A DNA stretch of 64,000 nucleotides from Haliotis cracherodii (taxonomy: Eukaryota): assembly GCF_022045235.1 (NCBI RefSeq), contig NW_027266297.1, forward strand, positions 12,772,001-12,836,000, given 5' to 3'. How positions within the stretch are numbered: the stretch's first letter is position 1; each line of letters begins with the position of its first letter. Below the pieces are notes generated by a model. That model saw nothing but the letters and a program-made list of their open reading frames with translations, was not told the DNA's origin and did not search any database. The position numbers and the translations under genes are program-made. Positions 62,816 through 64,000 of this stretch are shown one piece after another.

Positions 62816-64000
62816 TCACCACAATCCTTTATTTTTCAATTCATTCAGGTAGCTCAGAAGTACATTTGCTTTCGCCACATTCATCCCAAGTCCATAATGT
62901 TCACCATCAAAACTCGTCATTCCGTCAGTCATGTTAAAGGTGTCGAAAACTGGAATTTCCCATGATTTAAGGAAAGGATCCATGTTGCCATTGTAACGTT
63001 TAACACTCTCATAAGACTGAGCTAACAGTTTCGGGGACTTCATCATACCTGGGGCATGGCTAGTTGCCCACAGAACCTTTGGCCAATATCTCTTATTGCT
63101 CCTCGTGTAATTCAGTGTTGGTAAAAGAAACTTTGTTTGAACTAGTGTATGATCATAGTTATTATGAATTCCTATACCAACCAACAGCAATGATTTGCTG
63201 TTTAAATTGATAACACGTTGTTTCAATTGCTGGCCATGGTCTGCAGAAAAGAGGTACTGCATTTCCAGTTGAACTGTACCATTACAAGCTTGAAGAGTGT
63301 ACTTCAGATGCAGCCGACATACTTTCTCTGTGAACATATCCATTCCGCTGCATAAATTTCTTATATCTGAAAAGAAACCAAGCAAACATTTAGAGAGAAA
63401 CTTTAACATATTAATGCAAATACACATTTAAGTACACAATATATAGTCATCAATACATTTTTATCTCACCGATTGCGGTTTTCAAGTGTGGATGTTACCG
63501 TCAAGCATTCTCGTTAATGGTGGCTTTGTGCGCTAAAAGAAGATATATTTTCATAAACCACACTTTAAACTGAAACTTTTTCTAAAGTAAGCAAAGCTAA
63601 ACATATAGCACGTTCTCACTTACCCTGTGGAACATTATCATTCATAGCACCATCTTTCATATTCCCTGTAACAAGCAGCACCATGGCTGTATATACATGG
63701 CGAACAAGAGAATCCCCAACAAACAGAATCGTGCTTCCGCTGAGGATGCTGCAAGCTTCTTGGGGGCTGTGTTCCTTGTAGCCATATCTTGGGTCTGAAG
63801 GGGTCCAGGTGGAATATTCAGAATGTTTCTGGTTCCGCATGTCATAGCAATCAGGACACACACATTCCTCCACAGACTTCATAGCACATTTATTGTTGAA
63901 GCAGCACGGGGTTGTTCCTTTAGGATCACACAAGGCTTTAATAAACCCAGCAGCTTCAGATCCGGTGTGGGTAACATTTCCACAGAGACCGTCATTCCTT
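62816..64000 (-). CDS. SGNH-fold O-acyltransferase/esterase-like paralogue 2 (5'-truncated by the window edge); exons >64000-63624 and 63366-62816
   Basis: CDPKGTTPCC...FVGDSLVRHVY and FDGEHY motifs. Phase-1 intron (CAGG|gtaagt ... tttcag|AT) at the same position as in the 1341-3264 gene. Confidence 0.87.

Overview
AT-rich eukaryotic genomic DNA with assembly gaps (N runs), almost certainly molluscan. Abalone (Haliotis) is my inference from the SINE families and the opine dehydrogenase. I reconstructed five protein-coding genes with phase-consistent GT-AG splicing: (1) a 2-exon type II membrane SGNH/PC-esterase-type (GDS...DxxH) gene at 1341-3264 (+); (2) an 8-exon SLC5A7/CHT1-like sodium:solute symporter at 11858-21219 (+); (3) an opine dehydrogenase with a single coding exon at 26150-27346 (-); (4) a 7-exon type I membrane MAM-domain receptor-like gene at 43120-52584 (+); (5) a second SGNH paralogue at 62816->64000 (-), running off the window. 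Two decayed genes are missed or mis-framed by the ORF track: a third SGNH paralogue remnant (37787-38207, -) and a TATA-preceded, signal-peptide-bearing Gly/Pro/Glu-rich (GPG-GPE) secreted protein pseudogene (32943-33900, -). The rest is repeats: at least four SINE families (three share one 3' tail), Tc1/mariner, pogo-like MITEs, hAT, a TTAA-flanked Kolobok-like element, LINE and Penelope fragments (with minimal hammerhead-ribozyme-like motifs) and large minisatellite blocks. The main leads are a choline-transporter homologue whose aromatic choline cage is degenerate, an adjacent opine dehydrogenase with altered substrate-pocket residues, the hidden GPG-rich secreted gene and the birth-and-death SGNH cluster. 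Reference-protein residue comparisons are from memory and need confirming by alignment.
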